A stretch of 62,562 nt of DNA. Source: a virus. The stretch is taken from UHGV virus genome UHGV-0106067; one strand, 5' to 3'. Positions 1-8,176 of the stretch are shown here, in pieces. Positions within the stretch are counted from its first letter, which is position 1. The number at the start of each line of letters is the position of its first letter. A model generated the notes under the pieces. It saw only the letters and a list, made by a program, of their open reading frames with translations, was not told the DNA's origin and did not search any database. Both the position numbers and the translations under genes were made by a program.

Positions 1-266
1 TGTGTGTCTGTCATATCCGTCACCGGTGACTCCGGCTGAATATCACCATTTTCCGTGGTGACATCTTCCGCCTGTGGTTCCGGAAGCAGTTCCGGGGATG
101 GTTCCGGCTGTGCACCAAGCAATTCATCCAGAATTGAATCCACTTCTGCATCAAGACGCTCTTCCAGATTCTGGCGGAGTTTTTGTTTCAGGACGCTTCT
201 GACTTCTTCAGAGCGAATGACTTCCTTCACTGCCTCAGCAGTGACCAGTTGTTTTATATCTGTCAT
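1..266 (-). CDS. Hypothetical acidic Pro/Glu-rich protein, 5' part; the ORF runs off the window start and continues at 62562..62538
   Basis: ATG at 266 preceded by GAGAAAATCTC. Minus frame open to position 1 (MTDIKQLVTAEAVKEV...). The listed plus-strand ORF 55..282 is its antisense shadow. Confidence 0.55.
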   Translation of the reverse strand, partial: MTDIKQLVTAEAVKEVIRSEEVRSVLKQKLRQNLEERLDAEVDSILDELLGAQPEPSPELLPEPQAEDVTTENGDIQPESPVTDMTDT

Positions 267-291
267 GAGATTTTCTCGTTGAAAGGGGTTA

Positions 292-486
292 TTAAGAAGG
301 TTGTTCCGGAATGAGTGGGGCTTCTGTTTTTGCTCCGGCTGACTGAGTGGCGCTGATTTTCTCAGCGGCCCTTTTGTCAATCTGTCTGCGCCAGAAGTCG
401 CGTACTGCCCTGTATCCACCTGAAAGAAGATACAACACACAGACCACCGTACAGAAGTACAGCATTAACTGGTTGATGAATGTCAT
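292..486 (-). CDS. Small membrane protein, DUF1378-like (typical of the nanS-p to holin interval in Stx-type phages)
   Basis: 64 aa with one hydrophobic helix (LMLYFCTVVCVLYLL) and a basic tail. Family assignment is from memory. Confidence 0.55.
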   Translation of the reverse strand: MTFINQLMLYFCTVVCVLYLLSGGYRAVRDFWRRQIDKRAAEKISATQSAGAKTEAPLIPEQPS

Positions 487-627
487 GGTTTATTACCGTT
501 ACTGTTGACAATGAGAACTGTTTTCATTTAGAAATGATTGATGTCGAAAGCATCCTTTCGTTAGATTCTCCATTGGGATTACCTCCGCCAGTCTCCATTC
601 CTGTTGCTGGCGGTTTTTTTTCGTCTG

Positions 628-2601
628 TTATGCTGCTACGGCATTCACACCAACAGTAAGACTTTCAATCAGCACAGGGTAAGTTGCCGCATTTCCGGTA
701 ATATCCGTAATTGCCAGCGCGTTGGCCTCAAAGGCTGCATTCGTCCATCTGGTCAGCGTAAACGGTTTTCCTGCTGCATTATCAAGCACCGGCGTGACGT
801 TCAGCGAGCCACCACCCGGGAAGCGGAAAGTCAGCGTGTGCCAGTCGTGATCGAACGGACCATAACTACCAAGCCGCTGTGATGTGGTGTTTGCATGATA
901 CATCACATTGATGTTTGTTTTATCAGTCTGCAGATAGAAGGCCGCAATATAACCCTCCTCTGATTCCGCTCCCGGCCATCCACTACCGCGCCAGTAAATA
1001 CCCGCAGAATATTGATTTGCAGAAGCATTGAGAGATACATCATCGGGGATTTTAAAGCGCAGCGTGATTTCACCGCCGTTATCGAACAGCTCCTTCCCCT
1101 TACCGGCATCAATTGCGTGCGATACTTTCCAGGTCTTTTTCTGTGCAAGACCATTTTCTGGTTTTTCAAGACGAAGGGCTTTTTTACCTGAACCACTGTC
1201 ACTGACCAGCGTGTTTTTGACATCTGTCAGCGTCCAGCCCTGCGAAGCCAGAGCGGCATTTTCCGCATTCACATCATAAGCCAGCACTGACTGTATCTTT
1301 GTCGGGACAACGGCTTCAGGCTGAGTATCGCCACTCTCCTGTGCTGGTTGCGATACGCCTCCGCCTGAAGAAACCGCGGCTTTTGTCACTTTCCCGGAAA
1401 CAAAATCTGCCACTCTGCCCACATGCAGAAGAATGGCTGTTGCCAGACGGTCGGAAATAATTCCGCGACGCGCCCATGAACCAAAGTGGGTTTTACGATC
1501 GGATGTTGTCCAGCTCTTCGCATCCGTTCGTCCACCGGAACCATAATACCCGATAGCCGGAATATCCGGGTCTTCTGACGGTTCATTGGTCCCGACTTTC
1601 TGACCATTGTCATCCATCATAAACGGCACAAAGAAGATATTTTTACCGGCTTTGGTTTTGTATGCGCCATAGACGGCATCGTATTGCGCTGAATACGTCT
1701 CCTTCCAGTAGTACGTCGTGTCACCACAAATCCAGGGCACCAGAGAAGGAGAAGCACCAGCGCACTGACCGGATACTCCCGCCAGGTCAGAACGGTATTT
1801 TTCCACCATGGCATCAAACATGGCGGGCTGACTGGCGTACGCTCCCTGTTTTAAATCAAACTCGCCCTGCATCCAGACAACACAAAGCAGTATGTTTTTG
1901 GGGTTTGCCTTCAGCGCGACCTGAGTGCGTGTCAGCAGGTCTTTATACAACGGCTTATCAACGCCCCATCGTTCAGATTTATCCGACGCTCCTGAACTTT
2001 CACTGAACGTTCCGTCAGCACCGGCTGTAAACGCAGAGCCACCACGACAGCACGGCACTAACAAAATACCCGCATTTTCCGGCATAAAGGGCAACAGCTT
2101 TTTGGCAATATGCAATCCCTGTCCGACACACCCATACTGCTCTGCGCTGGCTTTCGGATGAGAAAAACGGCTCAAATCCTGCACATCATGCAGGCAGTGG
2201 TCCGCCGGAATGATGTCGTTATATGCACAGGCCGCACCACCCGGTGTCACCGTACTGCGACGCGCCAGCTGTTTAATACGCGGGTCCGGACGGTCATATG
2301 TCTCCGGCAGCGGCAGGCCTTCACCATACGCCATGCCGTTTGACTGTCCGGCCAGCGCAATGACAAAGTAATATTCTGGTTCAACAACAACAGTCCGGGT
2401 ACCATCTCCCCCCGGTGAAACTACCGGAGAGGTCATATCCCCTTCAGCGACTATAGCCTGGATAAATTCAGCACCATAACCCGCGTTTGAGATAATCGGA
2501 CTACCATAGGGTTGCCAGCCTTCCTTCAGTTTTTGCGTCAGTTTTCCTGCGAGGTCTGACGGCGATGATGCCCTGACCACATCATAATGTTTAAATGCCA
2601 T
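628..2601 (-). CDS. nanS-p: Prophage-type sialate O-acetylesterase NanS-p (DUF1737 N-domain + SASA/SGNH esterase + C-terminal lectin-like domain)
   Basis: N-terminus MAFKHYDVVRASSPSDLAGKLTQKLKEGWQP is DUF1737-like. Catalytic GQSN motif (ALAGQSNGMAYGEG). 657 aa, SD GGGAGGA. Confidence 0.85.
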   Translation of the reverse strand: MAFKHYDVVRASSPSDLAGKLTQKLKEGWQPYGSPIISNAGYGAEFIQAIVAEGDMTSPVVSPGGDGTRTVVVEPEYYFVIALAGQSNGMAYGEGLPLPETYDRPDPRIKQLARRSTVTPGGAACAYNDIIPADHCLHDVQDLSRFSHPKASAEQYGCVGQGLHIAKKLLPFMPENAGILLVPCCRGGSAFTAGADGTFSESSGASDKSERWGVDKPLYKDLLTRTQVALKANPKNILLCVVWMQGEFDLKQGAYASQPAMFDAMVEKYRSDLAGVSGQCAGASPSLVPWICGDTTYYWKETYSAQYDAVYGAYKTKAGKNIFFVPFMMDDNGQKVGTNEPSEDPDIPAIGYYGSGGRTDAKSWTTSDRKTHFGSWARRGIISDRLATAILLHVGRVADFVSGKVTKAAVSSGGGVSQPAQESGDTQPEAVVPTKIQSVLAYDVNAENAALASQGWTLTDVKNTLVSDSGSGKKALRLEKPENGLAQKKTWKVSHAIDAGKGKELFDNGGEITLRFKIPDDVSLNASANQYSAGIYWRGSGWPGAESEEGYIAAFYLQTDKTNINVMYHANTTSQRLGSYGPFDHDWHTLTFRFPGGGSLNVTPVLDNAAGKPFTLTRWTNAAFEANALAITDITGNAATYPVLIESLTVGVNAVAA

Positions 2602-2737
2602 GAATCCTCCCGGCCGGGATAGTGGGTTGAATCAGATAAGGACTGACTGAAGTCTGAAAATACAAAAGACAACTGCCAGTAAAAACGAAAAGGCCGCGCA
2701 GTTGCGCAGTCTCATCACCATCGGGTATTATTCACAC

Positions 2738-2809
2738 GGTGAATAATCGAAACTCACTTTCTTTGTTTTATTCCTTGCCGCTCGCGCCTCCCGGCGCGGG
2801 CTTTTTTTG
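2738..2809 (+). ncRNA. Candidate ~70-nt Hfq-type sRNA divergent from nanS-p
   Basis: -35 TTGCGC (2702-2707), 18-nt spacer, -10 TATTAT (2726-2731). U-rich body. Strong intrinsic terminator CGCGCC-tccc-GGCGCG plus T7 (2778-2809). No ORF. Confidence 0.4.
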
Positions 2810-2811
2810 CA

Positions 2812-2840
2812 TGTAAAAAGGCCCCTGCGATGAGGGGCCT
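2812..2840 (-). terminator. Intrinsic terminator, convergent with the plus-strand terminator at 2778-2809
   Basis: Minus strand reads GGCCCCT-catcgc-AGGGGCC followed by TTTTTAC. Confidence 0.6.
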
Positions 2841-3211
2841 GAGAGTATTACCTGGTTTCAGTTAACTGCATAGTGCCGGGTGCCTCCCGGTGAGTTCAGC
2901 CCGGTGCCACCGAACCCGCGTCTTTCACATTGCCTGTGACATTAAAAATGCCAGCCCGCACCAGCCGCCCCGCCGCTGAGGGGGATTCACCATGCGTTGC
3001 GATTTTTAACAAATTCACCGCCAGCCAGACAATCATCAACTTGCTGAATTGTGAGGTATTTAAAAATTTCCCCGATTAACTGATACCCTGCTAACCACCT
3101 GTTGTTTTCTTTTTCAGCAACAAAAAAGCCCGCTCATCGGCGGATTCGGCTGCGTGGCAATGTAACCATTCTTATCATGATATGAGGATTTTTACGATTG
3201 TAAAATGTTTT

Positions 3212-4306
3212 TTAACTGACACCAGAATCATCATAACCGCGACTTGTTATAGCTTGCCTGTATGCGTTCATTTTGCGTTCTGCGTACTGGACAACATCTT
3301 TAATGACAAGCTTATGAACAACTGAAATAAGGTCATTTATATAACAAAAGTCAGGTGACTTATTTTTCACTGGCAACCAAATAACATCGTTCTTAATTTT
3401 TCTATTACTAACACTATCCCCCCATGAATATTTATGTGAAATAGACCTATAAATACATGAAATAATGCCCAAATAAGCAAACTTTGTCCTTCCATCCTCA
3501 TTGTTAACATAGAGTCGCAAATTATGACTGTCGTTTGAAAAAAAGTCTCGCTCCTGATAAGTTACAACGAATGTCTTACCACCAATAAAAATACAGTTCC
3601 CTTTTTCCAAGAGTGAGTCATCATAGGCGATATAAGAACTAACAGAGTTATTATCACGGCTAGCACAAAGATAAGGAACATCCCCACTATTTTCTATGAT
3701 GTCTCTAGACAATATGTTTCCTGTATTGCACACTGAGAATAACTCAGTAACAGGAAAGCCTGAAAATTCAATATTTTTAAAATGTTCCAGGATAAGATAA
3801 TCTTTTTCCGTTAGTTGGTAATCACTCAGCCCAGCAGCTATCAGGTATGCTTCCAGCTCTTCTATATGGGCCGCTTCCAGCTCTTCTATATAATTATCCA
3901 TAAAAAACCAGTCAATTTCATTATTTTTCACTGGTAATGAGATGAAATATTCTCCATCTCTGAGTTTGGAACTCGATAACTGTTGACCATAATTAAAACG
4001 CCCCTTTAAAGCTTTATTAATCATACTGGCAACATACAGTCCGCGCTTTGCATTAAAGTCGGACTTACTTGATTTTAATGTAAGAACATGCACCTTCATT
4101 TCTACGCTGGCACAATAAGGATGATAAAAAGCATCTCCAAAAAAATTAACGCTTATAAAATTTTCATAATGTCTTGCATCATCCATAAACTCGGTATCAA
4201 ACTCTCCGATGATACCGTTTTGATCGCTCTTTGCTGAAACACGTTTGATTTTGCCTGGTTTTAATCTTCCTGAGGAGATAAGCGAGCCTGTGCTCACATA
4301 GAACAA
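3212..4306 (-). CDS. RM specificity subunit (HsdS/BcgIB-like, two target-recognition domains)
   Basis: 364 aa. Two variable halves separated by a helical spacer (NYIEELEAAHIEELEAYL). N-terminal WGEFRIGDLF-type motif lies just upstream of the TTG start, so the start is uncertain. Immediately follows the MTase gene. Confidence 0.7.
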   Translation of the reverse strand: MFYVSTGSLISSGRLKPGKIKRVSAKSDQNGIIGEFDTEFMDDARHYENFISVNFFGDAFYHPYCASVEMKVHVLTLKSSKSDFNAKRGLYVASMINKALKGRFNYGQQLSSSKLRDGEYFISLPVKNNEIDWFFMDNYIEELEAAHIEELEAYLIAAGLSDYQLTEKDYLILEHFKNIEFSGFPVTELFSVCNTGNILSRDIIENSGDVPYLCASRDNNSVSSYIAYDDSLLEKGNCIFIGGKTFVVTYQERDFFSNDSHNLRLYVNNEDGRTKFAYLGIISCIYRSISHKYSWGDSVSNRKIKNDVIWLPVKNKSPDFCYINDLISVVHKLVIKDVVQYAERKMNAYRQAITSRGYDDSGVS

Positions 4307-4365
4307 ATCGCCAATCCTGAACTCTCCCCACTCAACGCTTCTTAATTTATCGCTGAGCGGGGAAT

Positions 4366-6327
4366 TTACTTTCCCGCAAAATTGTTTTCACCTTGTTTTT
4401 TCAGTAATTGCGAGACCTCCCATGCAAGGTAATCACCTACCGTCTTTTTGAAATCCTCCAGCGTTGGCCTAGCATCTACTGGCCTGGTCTGATTCCAGTC
4501 CTCACCACTATCAGGATCGATTGTTCCCTCAAAATATTCATCCTCCGTAAAGATATTAAGGCAACCTTTCCCGAAGTGAACCAGATCCACAACCTCCTGA
4601 TAACGCTCTTTTGCACGATCGGCATCAACAAGATTGTTTCTTGCCTTTTTGCGATTAGAGCGAGCGTAGCCGTCATTGGAAAAGTCGATAAACTTAACAG
4701 CCTGTTTCGCGTTATGCGGAATTTTTACCTGAAAAACGTAAATGTACGTCTGAACGCTTGATTTACCAATAAACAGATCCGCAGGCATTTTGATGCTTGC
4801 CAGCAAGGTATTTTCCTTGAGTATTTTTTTGTTGTACTCCGTAGCCTTTCCTGTGCCAGCTGAACTCTGGATAATCACTGCAGCATAGCCTTTATCCATC
4901 ATCGACAGCGCCTTCTGCACGAAAATCATGCCGTTACCTTTAGCTGAATACGGAGGATTGAGAATAAATGCGTCCGCAGGGAATTTTTCTCCTGTTTTCC
5001 CAAATCCATACTTGCCGTCAAAATCGGCCAGCGAGTCTTTATTGAGGATATTCGAGCTACCATCCCCCATCAAAATCATATTCAGGATGGCCAGCATATA
5101 AATACTGGATAACACCTCAAGGCCAAGAAGCTGTTCAGCCTTGATTTGCGCTTCCTTAAGTTGTAGTTCGTTCGGTGAGTGAATATTTTCTCTGGCGTCA
5201 ATGAGCATTTCATTCATTGCAGCCACAAGCAATCCCGCAGAACCTGTAGCAAAATCCCACACATAGGAATCTTTGTTTACTCTGGCGAGTCGTGCCAGCA
5301 ATGTGGCAACATAAGGTGGTGTCAGAACGACGTCATTGAGCTTGTCCTGCGTAAATCCAAGCCAGCGATACATCTCATTAAACAGTTTGCCCGTAAAATC
5401 GGTGGTCAGTCCAATTTTGTAATACTCCCCAAGATCATCAACAACTTTAACAAACACGCGCTTTAACTGGCTTTCACCGTTGACTGGTTTGTTAATGTTT
5501 TCAGTCCACAGCGTATTTTGCAACGAGCGCAAAATCATTTCTCTTTTTGTTTCAGGAACAGCTTTCAGCCTTAAAAAGTTCCTTATTTTCCTGAAAATAA
5601 TATCACCATCACGCAAGTCCTCCTCCGTTGAAGAGGTCAGTTCTTTTTTATCCAGCGGTGCTAACTTTCCCGGAATCCCCAACGTTGCAATAACGGTAGC
5701 CACAACAAGGTAAACACGATCGCTTTCACCAAGCCCCTTTTCATTCTGGTAAATATCGTTATTCAGACGGGAAAGTCGCGTGTCTATCTCTTCCTCTTTG
5801 CTGGCCTTGATTTTTTCCAGTTCTTCGGGAGGAAGATTAAGCAGCTTTATCTTGTTGAGAAATCCATCAACATTTTTGTCAGCAAGGAACGATAAGTCGG
5901 TGAATTCACCAACCTTCTGTCCGGCTCCTAAATTATTCTTTGATACGTACCACACGCCGATTTCATGATGCAGTTCGCCTGTACCATCATCGCGCCAGCC
6001 GGTCATACCAATAGCAATAATATCAGGGTAATTGGTGAACTGAAGAAGTGCGTTGGCATAATGGACTGCGCCATTCACCGCGTATCCATTAATATTTTTA
6101 AAATTCCATTCTTTTCTGGCATCTTTGTTCTCAATAATACCGTTGCTGCCAAGTCTGATAAGCCTGTCCTTGTAGCCTTTATACTCGATGAGAACGGGAT
6201 ACTGCTTGCCGTATTTGTCCTTAACAAGGAGTTTTACGTCGGGACGATTACCGCCTGCGCCGCCATTTTTCGAAAAATAAGCGTCCAGTGCGTTATCGAT
6301 CTCTCCGTTAAGTGATGCATTCTGCAA
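4366..6327 (-). CDS. Fused PD-ExK endonuclease / N6-adenine DNA methyltransferase (type IIB BcgIA-like). The listed ORF begins at an internal TTG. The SD-ATG at 6461 is out of frame because of the heptamer tract.
   Basis: MTase motif I VWDFATGSAGLL and motif IV NPPY (FILNPPYSAKG). N-terminal RPD...17 aa...IEYK nuclease motif. The frame stays open upstream through the repeat. Confidence 0.8.
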   Translation of the reverse strand: MQNASLNGEIDNALDAYFSKNGGAGGNRPDVKLLVKDKYGKQYPVLIEYKGYKDRLIRLGSNGIIENKDARKEWNFKNINGYAVNGAVHYANALLQFTNYPDIIAIGMTGWRDDGTGELHHEIGVWYVSKNNLGAGQKVGEFTDLSFLADKNVDGFLNKIKLLNLPPEELEKIKASKEEEIDTRLSRLNNDIYQNEKGLGESDRVYLVVATVIATLGIPGKLAPLDKKELTSSTEEDLRDGDIIFRKIRNFLRLKAVPETKREMILRSLQNTLWTENINKPVNGESQLKRVFVKVVDDLGEYYKIGLTTDFTGKLFNEMYRWLGFTQDKLNDVVLTPPYVATLLARLARVNKDSYVWDFATGSAGLLVAAMNEMLIDARENIHSPNELQLKEAQIKAEQLLGLEVLSSIYMLAILNMILMGDGSSNILNKDSLADFDGKYGFGKTGEKFPADAFILNPPYSAKGNGMIFVQKALSMMDKGYAAVIIQSSAGTGKATEYNKKILKENTLLASIKMPADLFIGKSSVQTYIYVFQVKIPHNAKQAVKFIDFSNDGYARSNRKKARNNLVDADRAKERYQEVVDLVHFGKGCLNIFTEDEYFEGTIDPDSGEDWNQTRPVDARPTLEDFKKTVGDYLAWEVSQLLKKQGENNFAGK

Positions 6328-6417
6328 CTTGTAATCAAGCCTGTAAGATTTAAGCCATGAGTTCGCCAGTTCGGTAATTTCCGGCTCAACAGATTTTACA
6401 GACTTTCTTGATTTACT

Positions 6418-6452
6418 GCTGGTCGCTGGTCGCTGGTCGCTGGTCGCTGGTC
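6418..6452 (-). repeat. Heptanucleotide tandem repeat (GACCAGC)x5 in the 5' coding end of the RM gene
   Basis: Five perfect copies of gctggtc on the plus strand at 6418-6452. They lie 9 nt downstream of ATG 6461 (SD AAGGA). Confidence 0.95.
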
Positions 6453-6635
6453 TGGCAGCATAAAATCATCCTTTTATGAAAATCAACGATTTTTGAGCAC
6501 TCGCACACAAAAAATTACCGCATTGGTTGCAACGACAACCTGCATTTTGCGGAGCATATGACAAATAAAGTACGGGTGCGTTGAGGATGCCAGACACATC
6601 AGAGGTGGCGGGAGATTACTCCCCTGCCTGGTCTC

Positions 6636-6791
6636 TTACTTCTCAGATTCGTAGTCTACGAAGACAGCGACCTCCGTCTGGCCGGTTCGGATTCGTACCT
6701 CGCAGAAGTCTTTCCTCGTTACCAGTGCTATCACTACGACGGTAATACAGATGACGATCAGGGCGATTAACATCGCCTTTTGCTGCTTCAT
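6636..6791 (-). CDS. hok: Hok/Gef-family type I toxin (HokD/RelF-like)
   Basis: Translated by hand: MKQQKAMLIALIVICITVVVIALVTRKDFCEVRIRTGQTEVAVFVDYESEK (51 aa). Below the ORF-track cutoff. SD AAGGAG. Confidence 0.9.
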   Translation of the reverse strand: MKQQKAMLIALIVICITVVVIALVTRKDFCEVRIRTGQTEVAVFVDYESEK

Positions 6792-6975
6792 AGCCTACTT
6801 CTCCTTGCCTTTCGGCACGTAAGAGGCTAACCTAAGTTTGTAAGTCATAGATTTGGCCTCAGATTAATGTTAAGCGTCCTGCAAGACGCGTAATGTTAAC
6901 TGGGGCTTTTCTCTGTCTGCCTTACGGCTGCATGCCCGAGGCAGACAGCCTCAAGCACCCGCAGCTATTCTACAG
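6792..6975 (-). promoter_or_regulatory. hok mRNA leader with a mok-like upstream ORF and the expected Sok antisense region; candidate -10 TAGAAT
   Basis: The leader matches the remembered R1 hok leader blocks (GCTTGAGGCTnTCTGCCTC, GGCAGAnAGA, AGCCCC, TAGCCTCTTAC, GCAAGGAGAAG). uORF ATGACTTAC...AAGTAG ends just upstream of the hok ATG (TAG-GCT-ATG). Confidence 0.6.
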
Positions 6976-6990
6976 TAAAAACTCGCGCTT

Positions 6991-7416
6991 TCAATTTCCC
7001 GCACGTCCGGCAAACTGACTGGCCTGTGATCCTGATGGTTCACGCTCAACGTACCTGTCCATTTCCAGCTTTACTCCCTGCATGATCAACATCCCCTCAA
7101 TAACACCTTCTGCTTTTTGCAGTACCCGCCCGGCCCAGCAATCAGAGCGCCCATGCTTACGGCCCAGTGACATAAGCGTCATCCCGAACACATAATAATC
7201 ATACAGAAAATCATGCAAATCGCTGTTGTTGACGTTCAGTTGCGCCATGCAATTGCTGATAATCAGCGCATCGTCATCGGTACACTGAGGCCGTGATTTA
7301 ACCTTTGACGGGATCAGCCCCTTAAATCCGGCGGCAATGGGCGACCAGCTCACATCCTCATGATTATTGGCCACCCATGCGCCCCAGCGTTCAAGCACCT
7401 GCTGAATATCACGCAT
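6991..7416 (-). CDS. Q: Late-gene antiterminator Q (phage 21/933W Q family)
   Basis: [24 protein letters not shown]... matches the remembered Q21-type N-terminus. The start was moved to M36 of the listed ORF. Overlaps the ninH stop. Confidence 0.85.
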   Translation of the reverse strand: MRDIQQVLERWGAWVANNHEDVSWSPIAAGFKGLIPSKVKSRPQCTDDDALIISNCMAQLNVNNSDLHDFLYDYYVFGMTLMSLGRKHGRSDCWAGRVLQKAEGVIEGMLIMQGVKLEMDRYVEREPSGSQASQFAGRAGN

Positions 7417-7609
7417 CAGAGTCTTTACCCTTATCCCATCCACGATGGACCATAAGGACACCGTTGACGACGGCGTGCCGTTTGCCTTCTTTATCGCCAA
7501 TATATTTTCTGACCGTGGCACGATTACAGTTCAGTATTCGGGCCACCTCGGTCTGATTTCCATATGCCTCAACAAGCATGTCAGGAATGATTTTTACGGT
7601 GAACGTCAT
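7409..7609 (-). CDS. ninH: NinH
   Basis: [36 protein letters not shown]... is close to lambda NinH. Confidence 0.85.
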   Translation of the reverse strand: MTFTVKIIPDMLVEAYGNQTEVARILNCNRATVRKYIGDKEGKRHAVVNGVLMVHRGWDKGKDSDA

Positions 7610-8175
7610 GCGGCCTCACTTCTGCTGTTTCGCAGGCCTTTAAATTTCTGTTGATACTCTGCCTTGATCGCCTTGCACTCTTCGACAGTCCAGCGGTGGC
7701 GACTATGGTTTGATTCGATTTCGTCTACTGCTTCCTGCCCGATGCGGTTAATCAGTTCGACGCGATACGGAACGAGATTTCCGCTTTTGTATTGGTTACA
7801 CACCACGCATTGCTTATGGATATTGCGTTCATCAAATCTGAGCTGAGGTGCCGCAGCTGTTGTACGGTAATGGCCAGCATCCCACTGGGCTGAATCTAAC
7901 GTCCCGCATGAAACACACGGCAAATGACGGTCCCGCTCCCTGATATAAGCATTCACAGCCTGTTGTGCCTGCTTAATCCAGTAACTGCGGGGCTGTAAGT
8001 CCCTCCTGCGCGCTTTCAGCTTGTCTGCCTGCTCTTTTGCTGAAGTTATCGCCTTTTCTTTTCTGACCAGTTCCAGTGCGCACTGACCACAGCAAACTTT
8101 CTGATATGAGCGGAACGGCACAAACGAGGAGCCGCACACTTTGCATTTTTTGGGTTTACGTTGCTTCATCATCAC
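7606..8175 (-). CDS. ninG: NinG recombination protein
   Basis: C-terminal two thirds are nearly collinear with lambda NinG ([21 protein letters not shown]...[16 protein letters not shown]). Confidence 0.9.
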   Translation of the reverse strand: MMMKQRKPKKCKVCGSSFVPFRSYQKVCCGQCALELVRKEKAITSAKEQADKLKARRRDLQPRSYWIKQAQQAVNAYIRERDRHLPCVSCGTLDSAQWDAGHYRTTAAAPQLRFDERNIHKQCVVCNQYKSGNLVPYRVELINRIGQEAVDEIESNHSRHRWTVEECKAIKAEYQQKFKGLRNSRSEAA

Positions 8176-8176
8176 C

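Noticed and set aside
55-282. Plus-strand 75-aa ORF at the window start
   Set aside because: It is a Ser/Cys-rich antisense shadow of the better-supported minus-strand ORF (ATG 266), which closes in frame across the window junction.
3120-3144. Possible minus-strand terminator after the S subunit gene
   Set aside because: It has only a 4-bp GC stem (CCGC/GCGG) before the T6 tract, which is too weak to call confidently.
6418-6452. Short tandem repeats (7-bp x5 at 6418, 11-bp x3 at 48092, 12-bp x5 at 60251) considered as CRISPR-like arrays
   Set aside because: The units are contiguous with no spacers and are far shorter than CRISPR repeats. No cas genes are present.
2602-6990. Search for stxA/stxB and for tRNA genes (ileZ-argN-argO type) downstream of Q
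   Set aside because: No ORF with A- or B-subunit features and no cloverleaf-capable segment was seen by eye. The only tRNA-like sequence in the window is the 24-nt argW fragment at attP, which is not a gene. A tRNAscan run would confirm this.
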